DNA from: Christensenella sp. UBA6880
GTDB lineage: Bacteria > Bacillota > Clostridia > Christensenellales > CAG-917
Length of the DNA: 64,000 bases
Direction of reading: 5' to 3'
Assembly: GCA_002449145.1 (NCBI GenBank)
Contig: DKCG01000026.1
Coordinates: 82,608 to 146,607, forward strand
The notes below the pieces were generated by a model. That model ran no database searches. It was not told the origin of the DNA and saw only the letters and a program-made list of their open reading frames with translations. Position 1 is the stretch's first letter, and each line of letters starts with the position of its first letter. This document shows, piece by piece, positions 27,000 through 36,069 of the stretch. A program made the translations under genes and the position numbers.

Positions 27000-27030
27000 A
27001 TTTTTAATAATCTAAATTAGAGGCGTTTTT

Positions 27031-27975
27031 ATGAAATACGTTGGCATTGACATCGGCGGTATGACCATAAAGGGCGGTATCGTTGACGAAAAGGGCAATA
27101 TCCTTGCAAGAAAAGTCGTCGTTACGTCCCCCGGTAAAGAGGATTATCTCATCGTGCAAGACATCGCAAACCTCATCGAGGATTTGACGAAAGACTGCAA
27201 AGACGAAATCGAGGGCATCGGCATAGGTTGCCCCGGTTCTATTTACGACGAAAAAGGCATCGTGCGCTATGCGTGCAACATCAATTTCCGCAACACCCCT
27301 ATGGCGAAAATGATTGCCGAAAAAACGCAGATTAAAAACGTAAAACTTTCAAACGACGCAAACTGCGCCGCACTCGGCGAAACGCTTTTCGGCGCGGGCG
27401 AGGGCGCGAAAAATTCCGTTATGGTTACGCTCGGCACGGGCGTAGGCACGGGCATAATCGCCGACGGCAGACTTATCACGGGCAATCGCTCGGCAGGTGC
27501 GGAAGGCGGACATATAACGATAAATCTCGGCGGCGCGACTTGCGGTTGCGGAAAGAAAGGTTGTTTCGAGGCGTACGCTTCGGCAACCGCGCTTATGAAT
27601 CAAATTCAATCCGCTTGCGAAAAGCACCCCGACAGTTTGCTTGCAAAAGAAGTCGAGGAAAACGGCAACAGCGGCAAAATCGTGTTTGATTGTGCAAAAG
27701 AAGGGGATAAAGTGGCGATTGCGGTTGTCAAACGCTACATCAAGTACGTCGGCATAGGTCTTGTCAACTACGCCAACATCTTTGCGCCCGAAGTCATAAT
27801 CATCGGCGGCGGAATCTCGAATCAAGGCGACAACATCATCAAGCCTTTGCAAAGATACGTTTCGAGAAACAAGTACGGCGCGGAATATACGCCCAAAGTC
27901 AAGGTCGTTGCGGCAACTCTCAAAAACGACGCAGGTATAATCGGGGCGGCCGCGCTGTGCATAAACCGTTGCTAA
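27031..27975 (+). CDS. glcK: ROK-family glucokinase
   Basis: IGIDIGGMTIKGG N-terminus, and the ROK zinc motif GGHITINLGGATCGCGKKGCFE. Confidence 0.85.
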   Translation: MKYVGIDIGGMTIKGGIVDEKGNILARKVVVTSPGKEDYLIVQDIANLIEDLTKDCKDEIEGIGIGCPGSIYDEKGIVRYACNINFRNTPMAKMIAEKTQIKNVKLSNDANCAALGETLFGAGEGAKNSVMVTLGTGVGTGIIADGRLITGNRSAGAEGGHITINLGGATCGCGKKGCFEAYASATALMNQIQSACEKHPDSLLAKEVEENGNSGKIVFDCAKEGDKVAIAVVKRYIKYVGIGLVNYANIFAPEVIIIGGGISNQGDNIIKPLQRYVSRNKYGAEYTPKVKVVAATLKNDAGIIGAAALCINRC

Positions 27976-28028
27976 GGCAACGGCAACACGCAAGCGTGCG
28001 TATTGCCGAGAGCCTTGCTAGGTTTCTG

Positions 28029-28264
28029 CACTACTAACCGCGCAAGCCCTCTTTACTCTCAAAATAAGACGGACAAAAACTCAAACCGCAATTCCGTGCG
28101 AGTGCTTGCTTGGTGGGTGCGCACTTCGTGCGCAAGCGGTAAATTTGAACGGCGGTTGGGCGCGACGCGTCAAACAATACATTCGGTGAATGTGTTGTAG
28201 CCAAAGCGAACGAGGCGGATTGCCTCGCAAACGCCGAAGTCCAAACACGTGAGGAAAGGGGAAG
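28029..28264 (+). repeat. repeat module T2, copy 1
   Basis: Aligns with 37726-37958 and 54056-54292. The 3' ~125 nt are nearly identical, and it ends GTGAGGAAAGGGGAAG. Confidence 0.85.
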
Positions 28265-28302
28265 CTTTTCTTAAAAAATATACAAACTACAACGATACGA
28301 AA

Positions 28303-30066
28303 ATGCAAGATTACAAACAAAAATATTTCGCTTTGCTCGGTGAAGTGGAAAAGCCCGCAAGATATGCGGGCGGCGAGTGGAATATCCCCGATATGAACAA
28401 GGAACGCAAGGGGGATATGGTCTTTTGTTTTCCCGAACTTTACGAAATCGGTATGAGCAATCTCGGCGTGGCGATTCTGTACGACATCGTCAACAAAACC
28501 GACGGTTACGTCGCAGAACGTTGCTATGCGCCTGCGCCCGATTTTGCGCAAAAACTCAAAGAAAACGATATTCCGCTTTTATCGCTCGAAACCAAAAAAC
28601 CGCTCAAAGATTTTACCGTCGTAGGTTTTTCGGTGGGATTCGAACTTTTGTACACCAACGTTTTGTATATGCTGGACTTGGCTAAGATTCCGTTCAGAGC
28701 CAAAGACCGTGACGATTCCTATCCCATTTTGCTCGCAGGTGGACCTTGCTCGGTCAATCCCGAACCGTTTGCGGACTTTTTCGACATAATTCTCGTAGGC
28801 GAGGGCGAAAACGCCGATATTGCGATACTCAAAGTCGTTGCGGAAGGCAGAGAGCAAGGCCTTTCCAAAGCGGAAATTCTAAAAAAAGTCAAGGGTATGG
28901 AAGGTGCGTACGTTCCGTCGTTGCATAAAGACGGCGAAAAGGTCGTAAAAGCCGTCGTGCAAGACTTTGAAAACGCCGAATATCCCACTCGTCCGCTCGT
29001 TGCGAATATAGAGGCCGTTCACGACAGAGCCACGCTCGAACTTTATCGCGGTTGCGCAAGCGGTTGCAGATTCTGTCAAGCGGGATTTTGGTATCGTCCC
29101 ATGAGAGAGCGCAGCGCAAAACGTTGCGCGCAAATCGCTAAAGAGATGGTGGACAGCACCGGCTTTAACGAAATATCCCTTTGCTCGCTGTCTACGAGCG
29201 ACTATACGGGACTCGAAGAACTCGAAAACGAACTTGGCGAATACTGCAAGCAAAAGCGCATAAATCTCGCGCTTCCGAGTTTGAGAATAAGCAGTTTCAA
29301 GCCCGATATGGCAAACAATTCGAGAAGAAGTTCGCTCACGTTTGCGCCTGAAGCGGGTACGCAAAGGTTGCGTAACGTCATAAACAAGAATGTCACCGAA
29401 GAAGAAATTGACAAAATTTCCGTTGCGTTCGAGGCGGGATACGACAGCGTAAAACTCTATTTTATGATGGGTCTTCCCACCGAAACCGACGAGGACATTC
29501 AAGGCATTGCGGAAATTTGCAAGCGTCTTAAACAACTGTACTGGCAAAAACGCTCGAAAAGAGGTTTGAACATATCCGTAAGTTGCGCGGTGTTTATTCC
29601 CAAGCCCTGCACGCCTTTCCAATGGGAAGCGCAAATCTCTATGGACGAGATGAAGCGCAAGCAAAACTATCTCAGAGGACTTTTGCGCGAAATAAAAGGC
29701 GTTACGTTCTCGTGGCACGGAGCGGAAACGTCCGTACTCGAAGCGGCGTTGGCAAGAGGCGACAAAAAGCAATCCTACGTCATCGAACGCGCCTATGAAC
29801 TCGGAGCGAAATTCGACGGGTGGAGCGAGCATTTCAAGTGGGACGTCTGGCAAAAGGCGTTTGCCGATTGCGGACTCAAAATGGAAGACTACTACGGCGC
29901 GATTCCGCTCGATAGAACTTTGCCGTGGGAATTTATAGATTCGGGCGTAAGCAAAAAATATTTGCTCAAACAGCGCGAACTCGCATACGAAGCGGTGACA
30001 ACCAAAAACTGCCGCGAAGGCTGCAACGGTTGCGGCGCGAACAGACTGGGAAGGTGCACGATATGA
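28303..30066 (+). CDS. TIGR03960-type B12-binding-domain radical SAM protein
   Basis: Radical-SAM motif CASGCRFCQAG. It is followed by a DUF2344 partner and RNase G, as usual for this family. ATG at 28303 is preferred over the GTG at 28249, which lies inside repeat T2. Confidence 0.8.
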   Translation: MQDYKQKYFALLGEVEKPARYAGGEWNIPDMNKERKGDMVFCFPELYEIGMSNLGVAILYDIVNKTDGYVAERCYAPAPDFAQKLKENDIPLLSLETKKPLKDFTVVGFSVGFELLYTNVLYMLDLAKIPFRAKDRDDSYPILLAGGPCSVNPEPFADFFDIILVGEGENADIAILKVVAEGREQGLSKAEILKKVKGMEGAYVPSLHKDGEKVVKAVVQDFENAEYPTRPLVANIEAVHDRATLELYRGCASGCRFCQAGFWYRPMRERSAKRCAQIAKEMVDSTGFNEISLCSLSTSDYTGLEELENELGEYCKQKRINLALPSLRISSFKPDMANNSRRSSLTFAPEAGTQRLRNVINKNVTEEEIDKISVAFEAGYDSVKLYFMMGLPTETDEDIQGIAEICKRLKQLYWQKRSKRGLNISVSCAVFIPKPCTPFQWEAQISMDEMKRKQNYLRGLLREIKGVTFSWHGAETSVLEAALARGDKKQSYVIERAYELGAKFDGWSEHFKWDVWQKAFADCGLKMEDYYGAIPLDRTLPWEFIDSGVSKKYLLKQRELAYEAVTTKNCREGCNGCGANRLGRCTI

Positions 30067-30692
30067 TAGTGCTTAAATACCAAAAAACGGGCAGCGTATG
30101 CTTCATATCCCACATCGACCTTTTGAGGCATATGGACAGAATTATCCGTAGGGGTAAAATCGTGGTGAACTACTCGCAAGGGTTCAATCCGCACCCATTG
30201 ATGTACTTTTCGCCGCCGCTTTCTCTTGGCGTTTCGTCGAGAGCGGAATATCTTACGCTCGATTGCGATATGCAAAAGGAAGAAGTGTTTGAAAAGTTCA
30301 ACGGCGCAGTGCCCGACGACCTTAAAGCAAGCAAGGTTTTCACGGCCGAAAAAAATCCGAACTTGCAAGCGAAAGTCGTGTGTGCGGACTTTGCTTTTAA
30401 TACGCCGTACAAGCCTATCGACGTTGACGGAAAATTCGAGATAAGTTATCAAAAGAAAGGCGAAACCGTCACCGAAAACGTCGCGGACAAGATATATTCG
30501 TTTTTTGAAAAGGACGGAAAGTTGGTCGCTCGTCTTGCGTCGGGAAGCGTCAATCTTCGCCCCGACAGAATCCTCGACAAACTCAATTCCGCACTCGGCG
30601 CGGATTTGAAACTTTGCGATATAGAAAAAATCGCGCAATACGTCGACGTTGACGGCAAACTCGTCGACGTGGACGAATATTTGCAAAAATAA
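30063..30692 (+). CDS. TIGR03936/DUF2344 radical-SAM-associated protein
   Basis: ATGA overlap with the upstream stop. The translation MIVLKYQKTGSVCFISHIDLLRHMDRIIRR...GFNPHP fits DUF2344. Confidence 0.8.
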   Translation: MIVLKYQKTGSVCFISHIDLLRHMDRIIRRGKIVVNYSQGFNPHPLMYFSPPLSLGVSSRAEYLTLDCDMQKEEVFEKFNGAVPDDLKASKVFTAEKNPNLQAKVVCADFAFNTPYKPIDVDGKFEISYQKKGETVTENVADKIYSFFEKDGKLVARLASGSVNLRPDRILDKLNSALGADLKLCDIEKIAQYVDVDGKLVDVDEYLQK

Positions 30693-30779
30693 GAAAAACG
30701 GACTTGCCCGAAGCGGTTATAGTTCGTTTTTGTGTTTTTGCGCTCTAAAAAGATCACATTTTTTTAGGAATATATAGCA

Positions 30780-32249
30780 ATGAAACAACTCATTCTCGAC
30801 TACACGCCGTATTGTACGCGCGCGGCGATAGTCGAAAACGGAAAATTAGAGGACTTTTCCGTCGAGCGCGCACATTTCAGAGGTGTCGTAGGCAATATCT
30901 ACAAGGGTAAGGTCGAAAACGTCATATGCGGTATGCAGGCGGCTTTCGTCAATATCGGCGAGGAACGCAACGGATTTTTGTATACCGGCGACTCGCTCGC
31001 GGACAGCAGAGGACTCGAAAACGATATGCCGAGCGGCAAGTCGTTCAATGTATCCCCCGGCGACGTGATTATGTGCCAAGCGGTCAAAGAACCCTATGGA
31101 CAAAAGGGCGCAAGGCTCACGACGGACGTCACCATTCCCGGATATTTCCTCGTTTTGCTTCCGCTTTCGACGTTCGTGGGCGTGTCAAGAAAAATCGAGG
31201 ACGGCAAAAGACGCGATTATCTCGAACAATTCGTTTCGTCGATATGCCCCGAGGGTATGGGTTTTATCATTCGCACCGCCGCAAATAAAGCGAGCGACGA
31301 GGATTTGGTAAACGAAATGGAAACCCTCAAAGAGCGTTGGGAACAAATCCGCAAAGACTACGCAAACGCAAAAGAATCTACGTTGGTGTTTGAAGAAGCG
31401 AGTTTGTTTGAACGCGCTATGCGCGAAACTATGCACGAGGACGTCGACGAAGTCGTGGTGAACGACAGAGAAATTCAACAAAAACTCGACGGGCGCATAG
31501 GCAAACCCGTGCTGTTTTACGAGGGCGAGCGCAACATAATGAAACACTACGGCGTTACTTCGCAGATAAATCACCTTTGCGACAGAAAAGTCATTATGCA
31601 AAACGGGGCGTATCTGGTCATAGACAAGACGGAAGCGTTGACCGTCATCGACGTAAACACTGGCAGATTCGTGGGCACGAGCCACCTCGAAGACACGGTT
31701 TTCAAAACAAATCTTGCGGCGGCGGAATGTATAGCATTGCAACTGAGATTGCGCAATATAAGCGGAATCGTCATAATCGACTTTATCGATATGACGTCGG
31801 ACGAGCATCGTCAACGCGTTCTCGAAACACTCAAAGAGGCGTTGAAACGCGACAGGATGAAAACGTCGACGGTCGGTTTTACTTCGCTCGGCCTCGTCGA
31901 ACTCACGAGGAAAAAGACGCGTTTGCCGCTTGACGAATTTATGCTTCAACCGTGCAAGGATTGCGCGGGCGGTTTCGTCATCAGCGACGCGCAACTTGCG
32001 TTTATGCTTCGCGACGACCTTGAGGATTTCATCATCGAGCATAAGTGCGACACGGTCTACGTCGGTGCGCATAAAGACGTTTTCGATATGATTTTTGAAA
32101 GCGGAATTATGAATCGTCAACTCGAAAACGCGTGGAAGAATAAGCAAATATACTTTTTTGTCGATAATAGTCTTGCGCGTGAAAAGTGGTCGATTTCGCA
32201 AGAAAAACCCGACGGACTCAAAAGTTACGTAAGGGTGTTGGCAAAATAA
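30780..32249 (+). CDS. rng: Rne/Rng-family ribonuclease (RNase G-like)
   Basis: S1 domain (GNIYKGKVENVICGMQAAFVNIG) and catalytic-core pattern LTVIDVNTGRFVG. Confidence 0.85.
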   Translation: MKQLILDYTPYCTRAAIVENGKLEDFSVERAHFRGVVGNIYKGKVENVICGMQAAFVNIGEERNGFLYTGDSLADSRGLENDMPSGKSFNVSPGDVIMCQAVKEPYGQKGARLTTDVTIPGYFLVLLPLSTFVGVSRKIEDGKRRDYLEQFVSSICPEGMGFIIRTAANKASDEDLVNEMETLKERWEQIRKDYANAKESTLVFEEASLFERAMRETMHEDVDEVVVNDREIQQKLDGRIGKPVLFYEGERNIMKHYGVTSQINHLCDRKVIMQNGAYLVIDKTEALTVIDVNTGRFVGTSHLEDTVFKTNLAAAECIALQLRLRNISGIVIIDFIDMTSDEHRQRVLETLKEALKRDRMKTSTVGFTSLGLVELTRKKTRLPLDEFMLQPCKDCAGGFVISDAQLAFMLRDDLEDFIIEHKCDTVYVGAHKDVFDMIFESGIMNRQLENAWKNKQIYFFVDNSLAREKWSISQEKPDGLKSYVRVLAK

Positions 32250-32276
32250 ACCCAATATGTTATAATAATATAAGTT

Positions 32277-33254
32277 ATGAAACAATGGCATATAAACAAA
32301 GATGAAGGCGTCGCTCTCGTCGAGAACGTAAACGCCAGAGAAGAAGGACAAGTCAAACTCAAATTGTCCAAAGTTGCCGTATCCTCGCAGGATATGTCAA
32401 ATTTCGCGTCCCTTCCAAAAAACGTCGCGGTTACCCCCGGTCACTCGGCGGTCGCTTACGTGTCGGAATCCGACGAGGACAGCGGACTTAAACTCGGCGC
32501 GCGCGTGGTTATCAGTCCCTACGTCAAAGTGCAAGAGCACGGCGTTGAAGTGGTCAAAACTATGGGCGTTGACGTTGACGGCTTGCTTCGCGATTTCGTT
32601 TGCGTTCCTTACGAAAACGTTTTCGCGCTTCCCGACGGCGTAAGCGACGAAGAAGCGCTCTTTGCCGAGTACATCGCAATGGGCGACAACGTTTTTGAGG
32701 CTCTCGACCTTGAAAAAGGCGACTATATCGTGGTTTTGGGTGCAAGTACGCTCGGACTTATAATTTCGCAAATCGCAAGTTATTATCAGTTCGTGCCCAT
32801 TCTCATCGACCTCGATTCCGAAAAACTCGCCTTGGCTCAAAAATGGGGCGTATGCTACACGCTCAATCCCACCTATGACAACCTCGAACGCAGAGTTGAA
32901 GAAATCACGGGCGGCAGAATGAGCGAAGCGGCGATTTTTGCCGGCGAAAGCGTTGACATCAATTCGGCGATTCGTCTAGTCAAAAACGAAGGCGACGTCG
33001 TTATCGCCGGTTACGCAACGCGCGCAAAACACACAATCGACGCATATCCCATTCTCAAAAAGCAACTCAAAATCAAGGGTATATGCAACGGCGAGGGCTG
33101 TATGTCGTCGGCAATCAACCTGCTTGCAAACAAGGTTGTAAAAACGGACGGAATTATCAGCGCGGCGGCAAACTTCGAGGAAGTGCCGCAAGTCGTCGAA
33201 AACTGCGTCAAATACCCCTATCAATACAGCAAAATCGTCATAAATCTCGACTAA
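32277..33254 (+). CDS. MDR-superfamily (zinc-type alcohol dehydrogenase-like) oxidoreductase
   Basis: 325 aa with a GroES-like N-domain and a Rossmann segment YIVVLGASTLGLIISQIA. Confidence 0.65.
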   Translation: MKQWHINKDEGVALVENVNAREEGQVKLKLSKVAVSSQDMSNFASLPKNVAVTPGHSAVAYVSESDEDSGLKLGARVVISPYVKVQEHGVEVVKTMGVDVDGLLRDFVCVPYENVFALPDGVSDEEALFAEYIAMGDNVFEALDLEKGDYIVVLGASTLGLIISQIASYYQFVPILIDLDSEKLALAQKWGVCYTLNPTYDNLERRVEEITGGRMSEAAIFAGESVDINSAIRLVKNEGDVVIAGYATRAKHTIDAYPILKKQLKIKGICNGEGCMSSAINLLANKVVKTDGIISAAANFEEVPQVVENCVKYPYQYSKIVINLD

Positions 33255-33261
33255 CCGGAGG

Positions 33262-33300
33262 CAGCGAACGGCAAATGCCGTTCGCTGTCGTTGCATTTTT
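33262..33300 (+). terminator. rho-independent terminator
   Basis: Stem CAGCGAACGGC / GCCGTTCGCTG with loop AAAT, and a T-rich tract shortly after. Confidence 0.6.
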
Positions 33301-33426
33301 GCAATTATATTTGCCAAATAAGCAAAATCCGCAAAAAAAAAGCGGCGTTTTGCAAAAAAAAGAAGGAAAAGCCTTTTGGCGGTGCGGCTTAGAGTTTGAA
33401 ATTCGCTCTTTGCGCACAAATATTTG

Positions 33427-34965
33427 ATGAGAGAAGATTCAACAAAACTTAAACGCGCATTTTCCTTTGCGCAAGAGGGTATACGCAAATTTGCGTACAC
33501 CGATTTGTATATTTTGCTCGTTCTTGCAATAGTCGTGGCGGCGTGGATTTGGCAAAACGCAACGTTCGGTTTTGTCACGCTCATTCTCGTATCGTGTGCC
33601 GTTTTGGTGTTCTCGGACGATATTTTGCCGCTTTCGGTCAACGCTTTCGGCGCAATGCTTATGATTTTCAAAGCCGATGGCGAAGGTGCTATTGACATAA
33701 GCAGATTCTTTTATCTTTGGCCGACATTCATTCCGCTTGCCGTCGCAATTTTGATTTTCGTGGTCAGAAACACCGTCGCAAAAGTCAAAAACAAGCAGCG
33801 TTTCGTGCTCGGAAAGATGTTCTTTCCGCAAGTCGCGGTCAGCGCCGCGCTCTTGCTCGGCGGCGTGGGAACTATCGCGGCAAAGAATTATCTCACCGCG
33901 CTTCCCAACGTCATTGCGCTCGGCGTAGGCGTGCTTGCCGTGTATCTGCTCTTTGCAAACTTCATAAAAATCGACGAAAAAAGAGACTATGCAAAGTACT
34001 TTGCAAAGGTCGTTATGTGGATAGGCTTTGCCGTGTGCGTCGAAATGATTGTGCATATATCCCGCCTCGACATCAGTTCGCAAGACTGGTCTAAATGGTA
34101 CTGGGATTTAGGGTGGGGCAACCGCAACAATATCGCAACGTTCCTGCTCTTTTCCGCGCCTATGGCGATGTATTTGTCGACGAGGACGAGAAAAGGCTGG
34201 GCATACATCGTTATGGCGTTGTTCCAATACGCTTGCCTCGTTATGACCTTGTCGAGAGGCGGCATACTGTTCGGCGCGATTGCGGCGGTATTCGGCGTAG
34301 TTTTCTCGATTTTGAAAGCACCCAACCGCAAAACGCAAGCAACGATATGGGGCGTTGCAATCCTTGCCGCGCTTGTGATTTGCCTCGTAAAACTCGACCT
34401 CGTCAAAGGCATTATTTCGAGCCTTGCTGACAGAATAGACGCAGGCGGAAACGGCGACGTAACGTCGGGCAGATTCGCTCTTTACAAAGAGGCGTGGGAA
34501 CAGTTCGTAAAGCACCCGATTTTCGGCGCGGGTATGGGCTTTATCGGCACTCGCGACGGTCAGTTCCATTCGGAAAATATGAGCCAGTACTGGTTCCACT
34601 CGACGCTTTTCCAAGTGCTCGGCTGTATGGGTATCGTCGGTATAGCCGCTTACGTTTACTACTACGTCGTCCGCTTCGGAATCGTGTTCAAGGGTATGAA
34701 AAAGAATTGCAAATTCGCCTTTTTCGTGTTCGTTGCGTGGCTTGGATTCGAGGGCTATTCTATGATAGACACCGGTACTATGATTCCGTTCCCGAATATG
34801 ATGTTGGTTGCGGTTATGTCCTATATAGCGCAACTTGCCAACTTGCAAAGAAGCGAGAGCGAAATCGACGGCGTTCCGAACTCTCTACTCAACGAGGTAT
34901 ACGTGCGAGATACCGGAATCGACGTAGTGAGAGTTGATGCTAAATTAATAATTAATAATGAATAA
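33427..34965 (+). CDS. O-antigen ligase/polymerase (Wzy_C) family membrane protein
   Basis: Polytopic protein. The LSRGGILFGAIAA loop region and the periplasmic-type loop with FHSENMSQYWFHS are typical of this family. The last codons lie inside repeat module A. Confidence 0.75.
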   Translation: MREDSTKLKRAFSFAQEGIRKFAYTDLYILLVLAIVVAAWIWQNATFGFVTLILVSCAVLVFSDDILPLSVNAFGAMLMIFKADGEGAIDISRFFYLWPTFIPLAVAILIFVVRNTVAKVKNKQRFVLGKMFFPQVAVSAALLLGGVGTIAAKNYLTALPNVIALGVGVLAVYLLFANFIKIDEKRDYAKYFAKVVMWIGFAVCVEMIVHISRLDISSQDWSKWYWDLGWGNRNNIATFLLFSAPMAMYLSTRTRKGWAYIVMALFQYACLVMTLSRGGILFGAIAAVFGVVFSILKAPNRKTQATIWGVAILAALVICLVKLDLVKGIISSLADRIDAGGNGDVTSGRFALYKEAWEQFVKHPIFGAGMGFIGTRDGQFHSENMSQYWFHSTLFQVLGCMGIVGIAAYVYYYVVRFGIVFKGMKKNCKFAFFVFVAWLGFEGYSMIDTGTMIPFPNMMLVAVMSYIAQLANLQRSESEIDGVPNSLLNEVYVRDTGIDVVRVDAKLIINNE

Positions 34966-34997
34966 TTAATAATTGCGGGTGGGGTAAACCCCACACC
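34943..34997 (+). repeat. repeat module A, copy 2
   Basis: The sequence is AATTAATAATTAATAATGAATAATTAATAATTGCGGGTGGGGTAAACCCCACACC. It supplies the C-terminal ...LIINNE and the stop of the upstream CDS. Confidence 0.8.
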
Positions 34998-35023
34998 TCA
35001 ATCTAATTACAACACAAGATATG

Positions 35024-35056
35024 CAAAAAAAAGACGCAAAATCGCGTCTTTTTTTA
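35024..35056. terminator. bidirectional terminator
   Basis: A-run, stem GACGC (35033-35037) paired with GCGTC (35044-35048), then a T-run. It lies between convergent genes. Confidence 0.6.
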
Positions 35057-35083
35057 ATGCTTTTTATATGTTTTTTCAACGTT

Positions 35084-35947
35084 TTATTTTGACAAACCTT
35101 TCACGAAATCGAGGATATATTCAATCGTTTGAGTGCGTTGAGATTGCTTTTGTTCTTCGGTTATGCCGTCGCCGTCGTTGTTGAATGATTTGAGAATTTC
35201 GTCGCTGTCCATAGTGCTGAAACTCATATGCGCGGCAGGGGATATGACTTTGTGGACGTAACCTTCTTTGAGTCTCGTTTTTGCGTCGGCTTTCATCTCG
35301 TCTGACAAAACGCGGTCTTGTTCCGCTTCGACGAGCAAAGTCGCAACGTCAACGTTTTTGAGATTGTCGATTATATATTTGTCAACGCCGCTTTCCTCAT
35401 CCTTGACGGGATTGCCGTCGGCATCGAGAAGTTTGTGTCTGTAACAAAGTGGCGAAAGCAATATCGCGCCTGCGACGGTATCTGCGTTCTCGCTTGCTCT
35501 GCGCAATGCCGCGCCACCGCCTTGCGAGTGTCCCGCAACGTAGAATTTTACGTTCGGATACGCCGAAAACGCTTCTTCTTGCTCCTTGTAGTAGGCATAC
35601 GTCATATTGAGCGTAACTTTTGGCATAACTACGAGATAACCTTGTTTTGCGAGCGCATTGCCGAGATATTCGTAATATTTAGGCTCGATTGCCGTGCCGA
35701 CGTAAAAGATTACGCCGAAGCGATAATCGACGGGCTTGTAGGTCAATCCGCTTTCGCTGTACACGGGGTCGAGAATAGGCTCGAAAGTGAGGGCGGTTTC
35801 CGATTCGGCGGTTTTGACAAAATATGAATTGTCCGATTGATAATCGACTTTTGCAGGCGAATCGTCGACATCGTTGCACGCAAAAAGACAGCACGCCGTC
35901 AGAGCGACGATTAATATTGCGGATAAGATTGTAAATTTGCGTTTCAT
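35084..35947 (-). CDS. alpha/beta hydrolase lipoprotein (dienelactone-hydrolase/chlorophyllase-like)
   Basis: Signal MKRKFTILSAILIVALTACCLFAC and nucleophile elbow GHSQGG. The ATG at 35947 follows GAGGT. Confidence 0.75.
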   Translation of the reverse strand: MKRKFTILSAILIVALTACCLFACNDVDDSPAKVDYQSDNSYFVKTAESETALTFEPILDPVYSESGLTYKPVDYRFGVIFYVGTAIEPKYYEYLGNALAKQGYLVVMPKVTLNMTYAYYKEQEEAFSAYPNVKFYVAGHSQGGGAALRRASENADTVAGAILLSPLCYRHKLLDADGNPVKDEESGVDKYIIDNLKNVDVATLLVEAEQDRVLSDEMKADAKTRLKEGYVHKVISPAAHMSFSTMDSDEILKSFNNDGDGITEEQKQSQRTQTIEYILDFVKGLSK

Positions 35948-36069
35948 ACCGACCTCGTTGCGCCGTTTTTTTTGCAAAGCGTTCGCATTTTTTTCAAACG
36001 CACACATTATAACATATATATAAAATAATTTCCATAGCAATTTTTTTTCTATGATGATATAATCGAATT

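Noticed and set aside
28003-28200. ORFs lying inside the repeat modules (28003-28200 +, 37545-38153 -, 43313-43651 -, 48878-49102 -, 6364-6711 -, 28081-28551 -).
   Set aside because: Frames and stop positions are not conserved between repeat copies. There are no SD sequences, and the translations are low-complexity junk (for example ..HASLGMTTW..). They are better explained as non-coding repeat DNA.
28249-28302. GTG start at 28249 for the radical SAM gene, as in the ORF track.
   Set aside because: The first 18 codons would be encoded by the conserved 3' end of repeat T2, and the same sequence occurs at loci with no downstream in-frame gene. ATG at 28303 is preferred, although neither start has a good SD.
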